Shown in pieces: positions 21,044 through 29,988 of a DNA stretch of 64,000 nucleotides; position 1 is the first letter of the stretch, and each line of letters opens with the position of its first letter. The stretch is taken from assembly GCA_963668625.2 (NCBI GenBank), contig CAXXKA010000006.1, positions 160,001 through 224,000 on the forward strand. Direction: 5' to 3'. The notes under the pieces were generated by a model. The model made no database searches. It worked only from the letters and a program-made list of their open reading frames with translations, and was not told the DNA's origin. The translations under genes and the position numbers were made by a program. The DNA comes from an uncultured candidate division Zixibacteria bacterium (GTDB lineage Bacteria; Zixibacteria; MSB-5A5; UBA10806; 4484-95).

Positions 21044-21640
21044 ATGATTGAAGATGCCCCGATCGAAAAAGAGCGCGTTAAAATCGTGCTGGGGCTGGGC
21101 AATCCGGGACGGCGTTACGCCGACACCCGTCACAATGTAGGCCACATGGTGGTCGACCGCCTGGCCTTTTTGAAAAAAGAAGAGTTTGCCTCAGGCAACG
21201 GACCGTTCGAGTACTGCCGGATAGAGTACGATGGTAACGAGATTTACCTATGTAAATCAACGACTTACATGAACAACACCGGTAAAGCGGCGGCGGCGAT
21301 AAAGAACTACTTTGATATCGCCCCGGAAAGTATTATGATCATCTCCGATGATTCTAATATACCGCTGGGAAAGATAAGGTTTCGGGTTAGCGGTTCCGAT
21401 GGCGGTCATAACGGCCTGGCCTCGGTAACGCGGTACCTTCACACCGATGCCTACCCGAGGTTGAGGCTGGGCGTGGATTCCAATCCCGCCGGGGTGCCAC
21501 TTGAAGATTATGTACTGGAGGATTTCGACAAGGACGAATTTGACGTTGTAGACAAAATGGTTGCCGAGTCGATGAGATTCATCGAGAATCTCGCTTTAGG
21601 CAAGATAGAAAATAAATCAATAACAATAACTGTACTGTAA
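21044..21640 (+). CDS. pth: Peptidyl-tRNA hydrolase
   Basis: GLGNPG, TRHNVG, TYMN and GGHNGL motifs. Confidence 0.95.
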   Translation: MIEDAPIEKERVKIVLGLGNPGRRYADTRHNVGHMVVDRLAFLKKEEFASGNGPFEYCRIEYDGNEIYLCKSTTYMNNTGKAAAAIKNYFDIAPESIMIISDDSNIPLGKIRFRVSGSDGGHNGLASVTRYLHTDAYPRLRLGVDSNPAGVPLEDYVLEDFDKDEFDVVDKMVAESMRFIENLALGKIENKSITITVL

Positions 21641-21654
21641 TTTTTAACACAGTA

Positions 21655-21694
21655 CTCCCTACTCCGGTAGAGGGGTCGCAAGTCCAGAGGGAGG
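21655..21694 (+). promoter_or_regulatory. Candidate S6:S18 ribosomal leader
   Basis: CTCCCT can pair with AGGGAG, occluding the SD; internal CCG; directly upstream of rpsF. Confidence 0.5.
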
Positions 21695-21698
21695 TTTG

Positions 21699-22193
21699 AT
21701 GAGAATTTACGAACTCACCATTATTCTCGAACCCAATTTAGACAAAGAAGCCGTTAATTCAGAACTCGATAAGCTTACCGATATGGTTAAAAAAGCCGAC
21801 GGTACCGTTTTCGAGGTTCAGCATCTCGGAATGCGCAGACTGACTTTCGAGATGTCAGGCAACACCCAGGGAAATTACTACACGATCTATTTCAACGCAG
21901 TTCCTGAGGTCTTAACTCAGATGGATAAGTCTATGAAACTCAATGAGTCGGTCTTAAGATCGATGACAATCGTGTTGAAGCAGTCCATTTACGAGGCCTC
22001 AAGCAAAAAGAAATCCGATGAGAGAAGACCGGCCGTAGAGAATACGGTTGATGAGAAGAAGTCCTCAGCTCCTGATACCGCCGCGCCAAAAGCGGTCGCC
22101 GAGGAGAAGACCTCGGACGAGGAAAACGAGAAAACCGAAGCTGATGACAGTTCGGCTGATGATTCCGGTGATGATCAGGAGGATAAAGCATAA
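21699..22193 (+). CDS. rpsF: 30S ribosomal protein S6 with long acidic C-terminal tail
   Basis: YELTIILEP, GMRRLTF, G.YY, LNESVLR motifs. Confidence 0.93.
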   Translation: MRIYELTIILEPNLDKEAVNSELDKLTDMVKKADGTVFEVQHLGMRRLTFEMSGNTQGNYYTIYFNAVPEVLTQMDKSMKLNESVLRSMTIVLKQSIYEASSKKKSDERRPAVENTVDEKKSSAPDTAAPKAVAEEKTSDEENEKTEADDSSADDSGDDQEDKA

Positions 22194-22258
22194 GTGTTTT
22201 AAATGTAGGCACTTACGTTTATTGAAACTTAGTCTCAATTGATTTGGAGGATATTTAG

Positions 22259-22483
22259 ATGATAAGAAAAAGAAGAAAAATCTGTCGCTTCTGTGAGCAT
22301 CAGGTTAAAAGAATAGATTACCGTGATGACAGAATTTTGAAAAGATACATCTCTGATCGCGGCAAGATTATCCCGAGGCGTGTGACCGGTGTCTGCGCCA
22401 AACATCAAAGATGGCTTTCCACTGCCATTAAGCGTGCCAGGGTAATGTCGTTTTTACCGTTTACCTCAAAGGAACTTGATTAA
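22259..22483 (+). CDS. rpsR: 30S ribosomal protein S18 (Zn-motif form)
   Basis: [25 protein letters not shown]. Confidence 0.96.
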   Translation: MIRKRRKICRFCEHQVKRIDYRDDRILKRYISDRGKIIPRRVTGVCAKHQRWLSTAIKRARVMSFLPFTSKELD

Positions 22484-22503
22484 TATTAGCGGGTTAAATA
22501 GTT

Positions 22504-23424
22504 GTGGCAAACTCAGACGGGACAAAATTATGGATTCTGGTCATAATCGTCGCTATCTCGGGCGTCTTGGTTGGCGTACCGTTGGTCAATTCGGTGATGA
22601 TTCTTCTAGCCCAGATCGCCCTGATCATATTGATGGTCAGGTATCGATATATATATGTCATGATACCATCCGTGATTGCGTTAGCGATAATTGCCGCGCT
22701 ATATGGACCTCAACTTTCCATGATATTCTTTTTCCTCGTTTTGCTACCGGGATTACTTATGGGAATTAAAGCCAGAATATTCGGTACGCCGAACTCAATC
22801 GTATTATGGGGTTTTGCGCCTTATCTGGTGATCGTTCTCATGGCAATTTTGTTCTACTCCAATATCTCCTCTCAGACCGAACTGTTCATCGCTGAATTTC
22901 AGACGATGATGCAGCAGAGCGCCGCACAGTTGGGGCTCGGTACTGGGGAAATAGCGGAGATGATGAAGATGAGTAACCAGGTTATTGTCTGGACTATTCG
23001 TTTGTTACCGGGCATACTGTTTACGATGTTTGCCATGCTGGTGTTATTCGCTTACCTGGGCGCTACTACGGTTGCCCGACATTTCGGAGCGGTGATACCG
23101 AGTATGGTTCCGGCCTATTTCTGGCGGGCAAGCGAATTATGGCTGATACCATTCGGTATAACAATGCTGCTGATTCTTTTAGGCGGCGAGGGGTTAAGGA
23201 TAGCAGGGGAAAACCTGTTAGTATTTTTTGTTCATTTCTATGCCTTTTTCGGCCTGTGTTTAATCGATTTCTATCTAAACCAGTTAAATATTCCGTACCC
23301 GGTACGGATAATTATCTACCTGATAATGCTTCTGCCGGTAATAACCATTTTGATTCTGGCATTTTTGGGTTTAATAGACAGCCGATTTGATTTCCGAAAA
23401 TTGGCATTCGAAAGTGAAAACTGA
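22504..23424 (+). CDS. DUF2232/YybS-family membrane protein
   Basis: Polytopic; GLIDSRFDFRK tail; conserved position between rpsR and rplI. Confidence 0.8.
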   Translation: MANSDGTKLWILVIIVAISGVLVGVPLVNSVMILLAQIALIILMVRYRYIYVMIPSVIALAIIAALYGPQLSMIFFFLVLLPGLLMGIKARIFGTPNSIVLWGFAPYLVIVLMAILFYSNISSQTELFIAEFQTMMQQSAAQLGLGTGEIAEMMKMSNQVIVWTIRLLPGILFTMFAMLVLFAYLGATTVARHFGAVIPSMVPAYFWRASELWLIPFGITMLLILLGGEGLRIAGENLLVFFVHFYAFFGLCLIDFYLNQLNIPYPVRIIIYLIMLLPVITILILAFLGLIDSRFDFRKLAFESEN

Positions 23425-23442
23425 TTTTTAAGGAGAACAGAA

Positions 23443-23898
23443 GTGAAAGTAATATTAAGAGATGATATAGATGGTCTCGGCACATGTGGCGAGGTTGTAG
23501 TTGTTAAAGGCGGATATGCCAGAAATTACCTGATCCCCAGAAATCTGGCGGTTCAGGCTACAACCGGCAATGTCAAATCCATCGATGAGATCAAAAAGCA
23601 AAAAACATTCCGCGACAACAAACGTAAACGTGAATCAGAGAGAATTAAGGATAAATTGGAGAAATTATCACTTACCGCCGAGGTACAGGTTGGTGAGGAA
23701 GATAAAGTCTTCGGTTCTGTGACCGCCGCCATGATAGCCGGTTTGTTGAAATCTCAGGGTTTCGAGATTGACCGTCGCATTATATTGCTCGATGAGCCAA
23801 TAAAAGCTCTTGGCGTATATACGATTCCGGTCAAGCTCGATAAAGATGTAACCGCCGATGTAAAATTGTGGGTGGTAAAGAAAGAGGGATCCGAATAA
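23443..23898 (+). CDS. rplI: 50S ribosomal protein L9
   Basis: VKGGYARNYLIP, KVFGSVT, PIKALG. Confidence 0.96.
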   Translation: MKVILRDDIDGLGTCGEVVVVKGGYARNYLIPRNLAVQATTGNVKSIDEIKKQKTFRDNKRKRESERIKDKLEKLSLTAEVQVGEEDKVFGSVTAAMIAGLLKSQGFEIDRRIILLDEPIKALGVYTIPVKLDKDVTADVKLWVVKKEGSE

Positions 23899-24073
23899 TT
23901 CGCTATCGCGGATACATCGCAGTCTTTATTTAGTTGTAATAATTGGGACAACTAACCGAATGCTGATTTAGGATTATCAGCGGAAGAGACTGTTTTTTCA
24001 GATTTGGCTTGATTAATCGTTGATTTTGAGCCAAAATTCAGTGGAAAGACAGAATTTTAAGACTGGTGGATTT

Positions 24074-24556
24074 ATGGCATTAATTGAAGCTGAAATCGGC
24101 GGATTAGCGCTGGATATTACGACTAACTCTCCGGTCGTGACGCTTTCTCCGAAAGGTTCCGAGAAAGTACTGCCGATCTGGATAGGCCATTACGAGGCCT
24201 GGGCTATTGGCATGGAGATGTCCGGAGTAGTATCTAAACGCCCCCTTACTCACGATCTTCTGTACAAGATCATCGAGAGCATGGGCGGAGCTATCGATAA
24301 AATAGCCGTTACGAATTTAAAAGAGCAAACTTTCTATGCCAGGATATCGATCAAATACGATGGCCAAATAATCGAGGTTGATGCCCGTCCCTCCGATTCT
24401 ATCGCGATAGCGCTGAAAGCTAATGCGCCGATATACGTAGACGAGGAATTATTTCAGCTTAAGGATGAGAAAACAACCGGTATACCCGACCAGGAAACTC
24501 TACGCGAACGCTTACGCCGAATAAACCCGGAGGATTTTGGCAAGTATAAGTTATGA
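24074..24556 (+). CDS. Bifunctional nuclease (DUF151) family
   Basis: LPIWIG..EA, RPLTHDL, DARPSDSIAIAL. Confidence 0.9.
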   Translation: MALIEAEIGGLALDITTNSPVVTLSPKGSEKVLPIWIGHYEAWAIGMEMSGVVSKRPLTHDLLYKIIESMGGAIDKIAVTNLKEQTFYARISIKYDGQIIEVDARPSDSIAIALKANAPIYVDEELFQLKDEKTTGIPDQETLRERLRRINPEDFGKYKL

Positions 24557-25059
24557 TTATTCCGTACCGGGGTAAAAAACCAATTATCGATAGTAGTTGT
24601 TTTATTGCGCCTGATGCTGTTATCGTTGGGGATGTCGAACTGGGCGAGAACTCGTCCGTGTGGTTTGGGGCGGTTATTCGAGGCGATATCTTTCCGATCA
24701 AAATCGGTCGATACACCAATATTCAGGACAGAATGGTTATACATGTTACTAACAATAAGTATGCTACTACGATTGGTGATTACGTAACCGGCGGGCACGG
24801 CGCGATACTCCATGGCTGTACTATCGAGGATTGCTGTATAATCGGTATGGGGGCGGTCGTGTTGGATAACTCCCTGATCGGCCACGAGTCTATCGTAGCC
24901 GCCGGCTCGGTTGTGAAAATGCATGAACGAGTTCCACCGGGAGTGCTCGTTGCGGGTAATCCGGCAGTTGTCAAGAGGGAGCTTTCAGGCAGGGAACGAG
25001 AGGGAATAAAACAATCAGCTTTAAACTATTCAGGATATATTGAAGGGTACGAGTTGTGA
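24553..25059 (+). CDS. Gamma carbonic anhydrase family (YrdA-like)
   Basis: Hexapeptide repeats, IRGD, NIQD...H, GH...HGC. Confidence 0.9.
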   Translation: MIIPYRGKKPIIDSSCFIAPDAVIVGDVELGENSSVWFGAVIRGDIFPIKIGRYTNIQDRMVIHVTNNKYATTIGDYVTGGHGAILHGCTIEDCCIIGMGAVVLDNSLIGHESIVAAGSVVKMHERVPPGVLVAGNPAVVKRELSGREREGIKQSALNYSGYIEGYEL

Positions 25060-26849
25060 GAAAAGCGCTAATAATCTGTATTGTATTACTGGTATCATCA
25101 ACGTGTTTCGCCCAGCGTATCCCTAGTTCGCCAATGGAGGCGTTATACCAGGCTCTCGATCTTTACGGGCTTGGCCGATACGATCAGGCGTATGAGAAAT
25201 TCAAACATTTTTCCGAGTTTTATGCGGGCGAAAGCCATTACTCGATTTTCAAGTTCATGGCTGCCAAATCGCTATATAAAGGCGGTAGGTCGGATGAGGC
25301 CGAAAATCAGTTCGAGCGGTTCATTCAGGAATTGCCGAGTTCCGATTATGTCGGCGCGACCTATCTTTACCTCGGCCATATAAATTATAAAAAAGGTGAT
25401 CTGTTGGACGCGGCGATAGCTTACCTGAAAGCGATTGATTTTCGCTCGGATAAAGAGGCCGGCGAAATTGCCGCCGCCAATCTCGTGCCGCTTTTGCGCC
25501 AGGAGCTCTCCATAGAGGATCTCGATTACCTGGCCGATAACTACCCTCGTTCCGAGTACGCCGGCGAAGTGGTCTATCATCAAGGGAAAAGACATTATGC
25601 CAATGGTAGGTATAAACGAGCGGTGAAGACATTCGAAAAGTATCTGGAAAATTATGCTCCCGGTTTCCATACCGCCGAGGTCAAACAGCTTTACTCGAAA
25701 GCGCGTGAACAGGCGTTCAAGAAAATCGTAATTGGCGTGCTCGCTCCTACTACCGGAACCTATGGAGATTACGGAGATGAGATGGTGGATGGTATCAAGC
25801 TGGCGTTTGCCAACGGCGCGAAAATTAACGGTAAGCAAATCGAGCTATTGTTTATAGATACTAAAGGTTCGCCGGTGCATGCCACCAAGGCAATCAAATC
25901 GTTAGCGATGGAGGAGCCGGTTGCCATTATCGGGCCGCTTCGCTCCGAGTCGGCGGTGGGCGCCTCGATAGTATCGAATTTTAACGATATACCGCTTATT
26001 ACCCCAACCGCCTCCGAGGAGGGAATAGCCGAACTGGGAGGTAACGTATACCAGGTATCGCCCCCGGCAGAGAGAATTGCCGAAAAACTGGCAGAATACG
26101 CGGTGAACGATATGGGGATTACCGAGTTCGGTATTATTGCCCCGAGCGATTACACCAGCCGACAGGTAGCCAAAGCATTCAGCCAGAAAGTTTATCAGCT
26201 TGGTGGTGAGGTACTTTCCTCTACATATTACGAATCCGGTGAAACCGATTTCTCCAACCAGATCACTCCTCTTCGCGAGAAACTGCTAATGAAAACAGAG
26301 GAACAACTGGCGATGGAGACGATAGATTCGACCGAGTATTACAACGAGGATAAAGAGGCCTGGATCGATCAGGAGGATTGGCGCGTTTACCTGGGTGGAC
26401 TATTCTTACCGGGGTATCCCAGCGAGCTTTCGCTACTGGTGCCGCAGATCAGGTATCACGTTATTACTACTCAATACCTTGGTTTGGACGGCTGGGATTC
26501 CAACGACTTTATCGATAACCTCGAACGCTATATAAACGGCTCTATATTCGCCACCGATTATCATCCCGGCATGGAAAGCGACGCCTGGGATGAATTTATC
26601 GTGAATTATTACAAAACTTTCGAAAAGCAACCGGGACGAGTAGCGGCTTTATCCTATGATGCCGCCAGCCTGATTCGTAAAGCGCTGGAGAGCGGCGCCA
26701 CTACCGCCGAGGACGTGTCGGCCTACTTGAACTCGATCGAAAATTACAAAGGCGTTAGCTGTAATATCGATTTCAAGTCGACGCATAACGCTAACAATGC
26801 CGTAAGCGTATTTCAAATCAATGATGGTATGTTGAATCGTTTGAAATGA
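25056..26849 (+). CDS. TPR plus periplasmic-binding-fold protein (LpoA/LppC-like)
   Basis: Signal peptide, TPR helices, IGVLAP.TG, IIGPL, ALSYDA. Confidence 0.75.
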   Translation: MRKALIICIVLLVSSTCFAQRIPSSPMEALYQALDLYGLGRYDQAYEKFKHFSEFYAGESHYSIFKFMAAKSLYKGGRSDEAENQFERFIQELPSSDYVGATYLYLGHINYKKGDLLDAAIAYLKAIDFRSDKEAGEIAAANLVPLLRQELSIEDLDYLADNYPRSEYAGEVVYHQGKRHYANGRYKRAVKTFEKYLENYAPGFHTAEVKQLYSKAREQAFKKIVIGVLAPTTGTYGDYGDEMVDGIKLAFANGAKINGKQIELLFIDTKGSPVHATKAIKSLAMEEPVAIIGPLRSESAVGASIVSNFNDIPLITPTASEEGIAELGGNVYQVSPPAERIAEKLAEYAVNDMGITEFGIIAPSDYTSRQVAKAFSQKVYQLGGEVLSSTYYESGETDFSNQITPLREKLLMKTEEQLAMETIDSTEYYNEDKEAWIDQEDWRVYLGGLFLPGYPSELSLLVPQIRYHVITTQYLGLDGWDSNDFIDNLERYINGSIFATDYHPGMESDAWDEFIVNYYKTFEKQPGRVAALSYDAASLIRKALESGATTAEDVSAYLNSIENYKGVSCNIDFKSTHNANNAVSVFQINDGMLNRLK

Positions 26850-27664
26850 TGGTAGATAAACGTCAAAGATTAAACGATATCATTAAAAGCTACGAATCGG
26901 TGGTGATCGGGTTATCCGGTGGAGTGGATTCTACTCTGGCCGCCAAAGTTTGCCTCGATACGCTCGGGAAAGAAAATGTCTGGTTGGTTACTGGTAATTC
27001 GAAATCTATCCCACCCGAGGAGATCGAGGACTGTAAAAAAATCGCCGAATGGTTAAAAATAGGTGGTGATCATTTCATCATTATTGATACGGGTGAGTTG
27101 AGCGACCCGAATTACTTTTTGAATCCCACAAATAGATGTTATTTTTGCAAAAGCGAGTTGTTCGATAAGTTAAGGATGATTGCCGGGAAAGTCGGCGCAA
27201 AAACTATCATCGATGGCTCTAATGCCTCGGATATTCACGATTATCGGCCCGGGGCTAAAGCCAGTCGAGAGAAGAATATCAAGGCGCCATTGGCCGAGGC
27301 CGGTTTCCTCAAAGAGGATGTCAGGCGCCTGGCAAAAGAACTTGAACTGCCCAACTGGAATAAACCCTCGATGCCCTGCCTGGCCTCTCGTATACCTTAC
27401 GATTCGGAGGTGACCGCTAAGAAACTGGAGCAAATCGCCAGCGCGGAAAGGCTCATGCGTGAGCTAGGTTTCGTGCAATTCAGGGTGAGACATCACGATA
27501 AAATCGCGCGCCTGGAGGTGGATGATATGAGTGTTCTGCAAGACCGGCATGTGAGGGAACGGATTAACGAGGGATTGAAAAAGATAGGTTTTAATTATGT
27601 GGCCGTAGACCTGGGGGGATTCAAATCGGGAAGTTTAAATATTAATATAGAAGGGAAAAGTTAG
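26846..27664 (+). CDS. larE: LarE-family PP-loop sulfur transferase
   Basis: SGGVDS, RCYFCK, DYRPG, PCLASRIPY, FRVRHH. Confidence 0.88.
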   Translation: MMVDKRQRLNDIIKSYESVVIGLSGGVDSTLAAKVCLDTLGKENVWLVTGNSKSIPPEEIEDCKKIAEWLKIGGDHFIIIDTGELSDPNYFLNPTNRCYFCKSELFDKLRMIAGKVGAKTIIDGSNASDIHDYRPGAKASREKNIKAPLAEAGFLKEDVRRLAKELELPNWNKPSMPCLASRIPYDSEVTAKKLEQIASAERLMRELGFVQFRVRHHDKIARLEVDDMSVLQDRHVRERINEGLKKIGFNYVAVDLGGFKSGSLNINIEGKS

Positions 27665-27665
27665 A

Positions 27666-27893
27666 ATGGCCGAACAGGAAAAACGCGTTGCCATGACAGT
27701 AGTGGTTGGCGATCAAAAACGTGAAATAACTTTCGATGAATTAACGTTATCGAATAACCTTGCGCTGGAGGCTTTGGTAAAGGTGCTGGTAGATAAAGGC
27801 GTGTTCAAGGTTGAGGAGCTGCAGGCGGTTATGGATGATATCCGGAGCAAACGCTACGCCGATCCCGGCACGCAGCCACCGAACGCGAATTAA
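27666..27893 (+). CDS. Hypothetical protein
   Basis: Operon-packed ORF with SD. Confidence 0.65.
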   Translation: MAEQEKRVAMTVVVGDQKREITFDELTLSNNLALEALVKVLVDKGVFKVEELQAVMDDIRSKRYADPGTQPPNAN

Positions 27894-27901
27894 GACCGTA
27901 T

Positions 27902-28354
27902 ATGGAAAAGCTTTCGTGGGTATCTCATCCGGCTAAAGCCCGGAAAACAGCGGCGGTGATAACACTGTTTTTGATTTTCTTGATCATGTGGATGGTGTAT
28001 AGCATGACCCAGTCATTGGTTATGATCTTTTTCGCGCTGCTTCTGTTCAACGCCGCTTTATCCAGTTTTTTCTTTCCTACTCGTTTCGAGGTGAGCAAGG
28101 ACAAGCTTTTGATAAAATACATGTTCACCTCACAAGAGAAAAATATGAGTATGTTCCGGTCGTTTTACCCGGATAAACGCGGGGTATTGCTTTCGCCGTT
28201 TACCCGGCCGTCCCGGCTGGAGAATTTTCGGGGTGTTTACCTTAGATACGAAGGTAATAAAGATGAAGTGGATGCTTTCGTGAAAGATATTTTCGAGAAA
28301 CGTAAAGCCGAGTTACTCGACGATAGGCCAGAGGAGGAAGGCAGCGATGGCTAA
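27902..28354 (+). CDS. Hypothetical membrane protein
   Basis: Two TM helices, then GVLLSPF..PSRLENFRG. Confidence 0.7.
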   Translation: MEKLSWVSHPAKARKTAAVITLFLIFLIMWMVYSMTQSLVMIFFALLLFNAALSSFFFPTRFEVSKDKLLIKYMFTSQEKNMSMFRSFYPDKRGVLLSPFTRPSRLENFRGVYLRYEGNKDEVDAFVKDIFEKRKAELLDDRPEEEGSDG

Positions 28355-28826
28355 AGATATGTTAGAATCTCCGACGCCGCCGGAGCCTGATGATCCCAAC
28401 AGGACCAAACCGAATGCCGAGGAGCAGGAACTGATCGACAGGTTCGGCAGCTGGATTGCAAAGCGTGGTTTGACCGTCCCGGCGATCCTGTTTATCGAGT
28501 CCGGTAAACCCTTGAACTGGATATTCTCGCAGGGTATGCTTGTCGGAGAACCGGCGGCCTGGGCGCTCGATCCGATGATGAAAGCGGCTTTCAATTTTAC
28601 CCATGCCGATTATTTGAAACTTCAAAGACTACTCGAAAAACGCTGGAGCGTGGAGTTCCTTCTGCAGTCGATAGAGAAACACGATGATATTCAGCGCAAT
28701 AAAGAGGATGAGATCAAAAAAGAAAAGAAGGCCAGGAAAAAAGAGCTGAAAGCCCAGCGCAAAGGCAAACGGGGGAAATTTTTCCGCAAGTTGTTTGGGA
28801 ATGAAAAACCTGAGGACACGAAATAG
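28347..28826 (+). CDS. Hypothetical protein
   Basis: Overlaps the previous stop; PAILFIESGKPL; Lys-rich tail. Confidence 0.7.
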   Translation: MAKDMLESPTPPEPDDPNRTKPNAEEQELIDRFGSWIAKRGLTVPAILFIESGKPLNWIFSQGMLVGEPAAWALDPMMKAAFNFTHADYLKLQRLLEKRWSVEFLLQSIEKHDDIQRNKEDEIKKEKKARKKELKAQRKGKRGKFFRKLFGNEKPEDTK

Positions 28827-28853
28827 CAAAATTTAAATTATGTAAGATTTTCA

Positions 28854-28888
28854 GTAGAGGCGTTCAATCGAACGCCTCTACTTTTTTC
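28854..28888 (+). terminator. GTAG-flanked palindrome / terminator
   Basis: AGTAGAGGCGTTC-aatc-GAACGCCTCTACT followed by a T-run. Confidence 0.7.
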
Positions 28889-29017
28889 ATCTTGTGGTCG
28901 GGGTATTTCCCCGCTTGGGCGGAGGGTGACAAAACTTGCATGCCTGCACGCAAAAGCCGGCAGACGAGGACATCCGCCGGCTGTGATGTATGTTGAGCCT
29001 ACATGATGCTTGGACTG

Positions 29018-29770
29018 CTATTTCGGTTTGGCGCCGAAAATCCACATCATGCGAGTATCTCGCGATATCGGATCATCCTTACGTGTACCGAATCCTTCTA
29101 TATCGACAAAGCCAATCGATTCGAAAAGGCTGACGAGTTCGTGGAATGAGTACATGCGAATATCCAACTCATATTTTCTTTCTTTGCCATCTTTGATATA
29201 GTACCATTCGGAATGGTTTTGGGAAGTGCGGTAGTCGAATTTCCTGCTTTCGATTACTTTCACGTCGCCTAAATCCTGCCAGCCGTTAGAGCTGAAATTC
29301 CGCATGATCCAGTCACGGTTTATCACATGAAGCACGAATGTTCCTCCAGGCTTAAGGGCTTTGAACATCTTTTTAAGCGCAAGCTTATCATCCGAGCGTT
29401 TTTCAAAAAAGCCGAATGAGGTCCAGAGGTTGCCGGCGAAATCGAATTGCGAGTTGAAATTTATCTTACGCATGTCATTTACTTGCGTTGTTATACCGAG
29501 CTTTTCCTTTTTCGCTTTCCTATCGAGTTCCTCTATATATGACTTCGTTATATCAACACCCGTTACACGGATACCTTTTTTAGCAAGCGGAATAGATACG
29601 CGGCCGATACCGCAGGGGCAATCCAAAAAAGTGCTGCCTTTTTTCATATTAAGTTTGTTGATGAGATACCGAACCTCGGCATTCGTAGTCTTCGCGGCAA
29701 TCATCTTGAATGCGGGCCTGAAATCATCGAAAAAACCTGCTTCCCACCATTCGGCGTCCTTCTTACTCAT
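29018..29770 (-). CDS. Class I SAM-dependent methyltransferase
   Basis: FLDCPCGIGR, VTGVD, TSFGFF, LKPGG. Confidence 0.9.
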   Translation of the reverse strand: MSKKDAEWWEAGFFDDFRPAFKMIAAKTTNAEVRYLINKLNMKKGSTFLDCPCGIGRVSIPLAKKGIRVTGVDITKSYIEELDRKAKKEKLGITTQVNDMRKINFNSQFDFAGNLWTSFGFFEKRSDDKLALKKMFKALKPGGTFVLHVINRDWIMRNFSSNGWQDLGDVKVIESRKFDYRTSQNHSEWYYIKDGKERKYELDIRMYSFHELVSLFESIGFVDIEGFGTRKDDPISRDTRMMWIFGAKPK

Positions 29771-29931
29771 AGTATCCTCCTGTTAAGGGTTGGTAATGTT
29801 TAGCAGATACGTGAAATTATGTCAAGGGTTTCATAAAAGATGAAAGAGGTGCGCGGTTGTCGGGAGTTATTACTTTCCGATCCACTTGCAATAGCGTAAT
29901 GTTGGTGTGCCGTTTGCTTTCGCGTCATATA

Positions 29932-29962
29932 AAAAACGGGACGCTCTTTCGAACGTCCCGTT
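29932..29962 (-). terminator. Terminator of the hdrC-hdrB-FeS-flavoprotein operon
   Basis: AACGGGACG...CGTCCCGTT hairpin with an A-run on the + strand. Confidence 0.7.
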
Positions 29963-29988
29963 GATTTTCATCTGAATCGAATTCGAGA

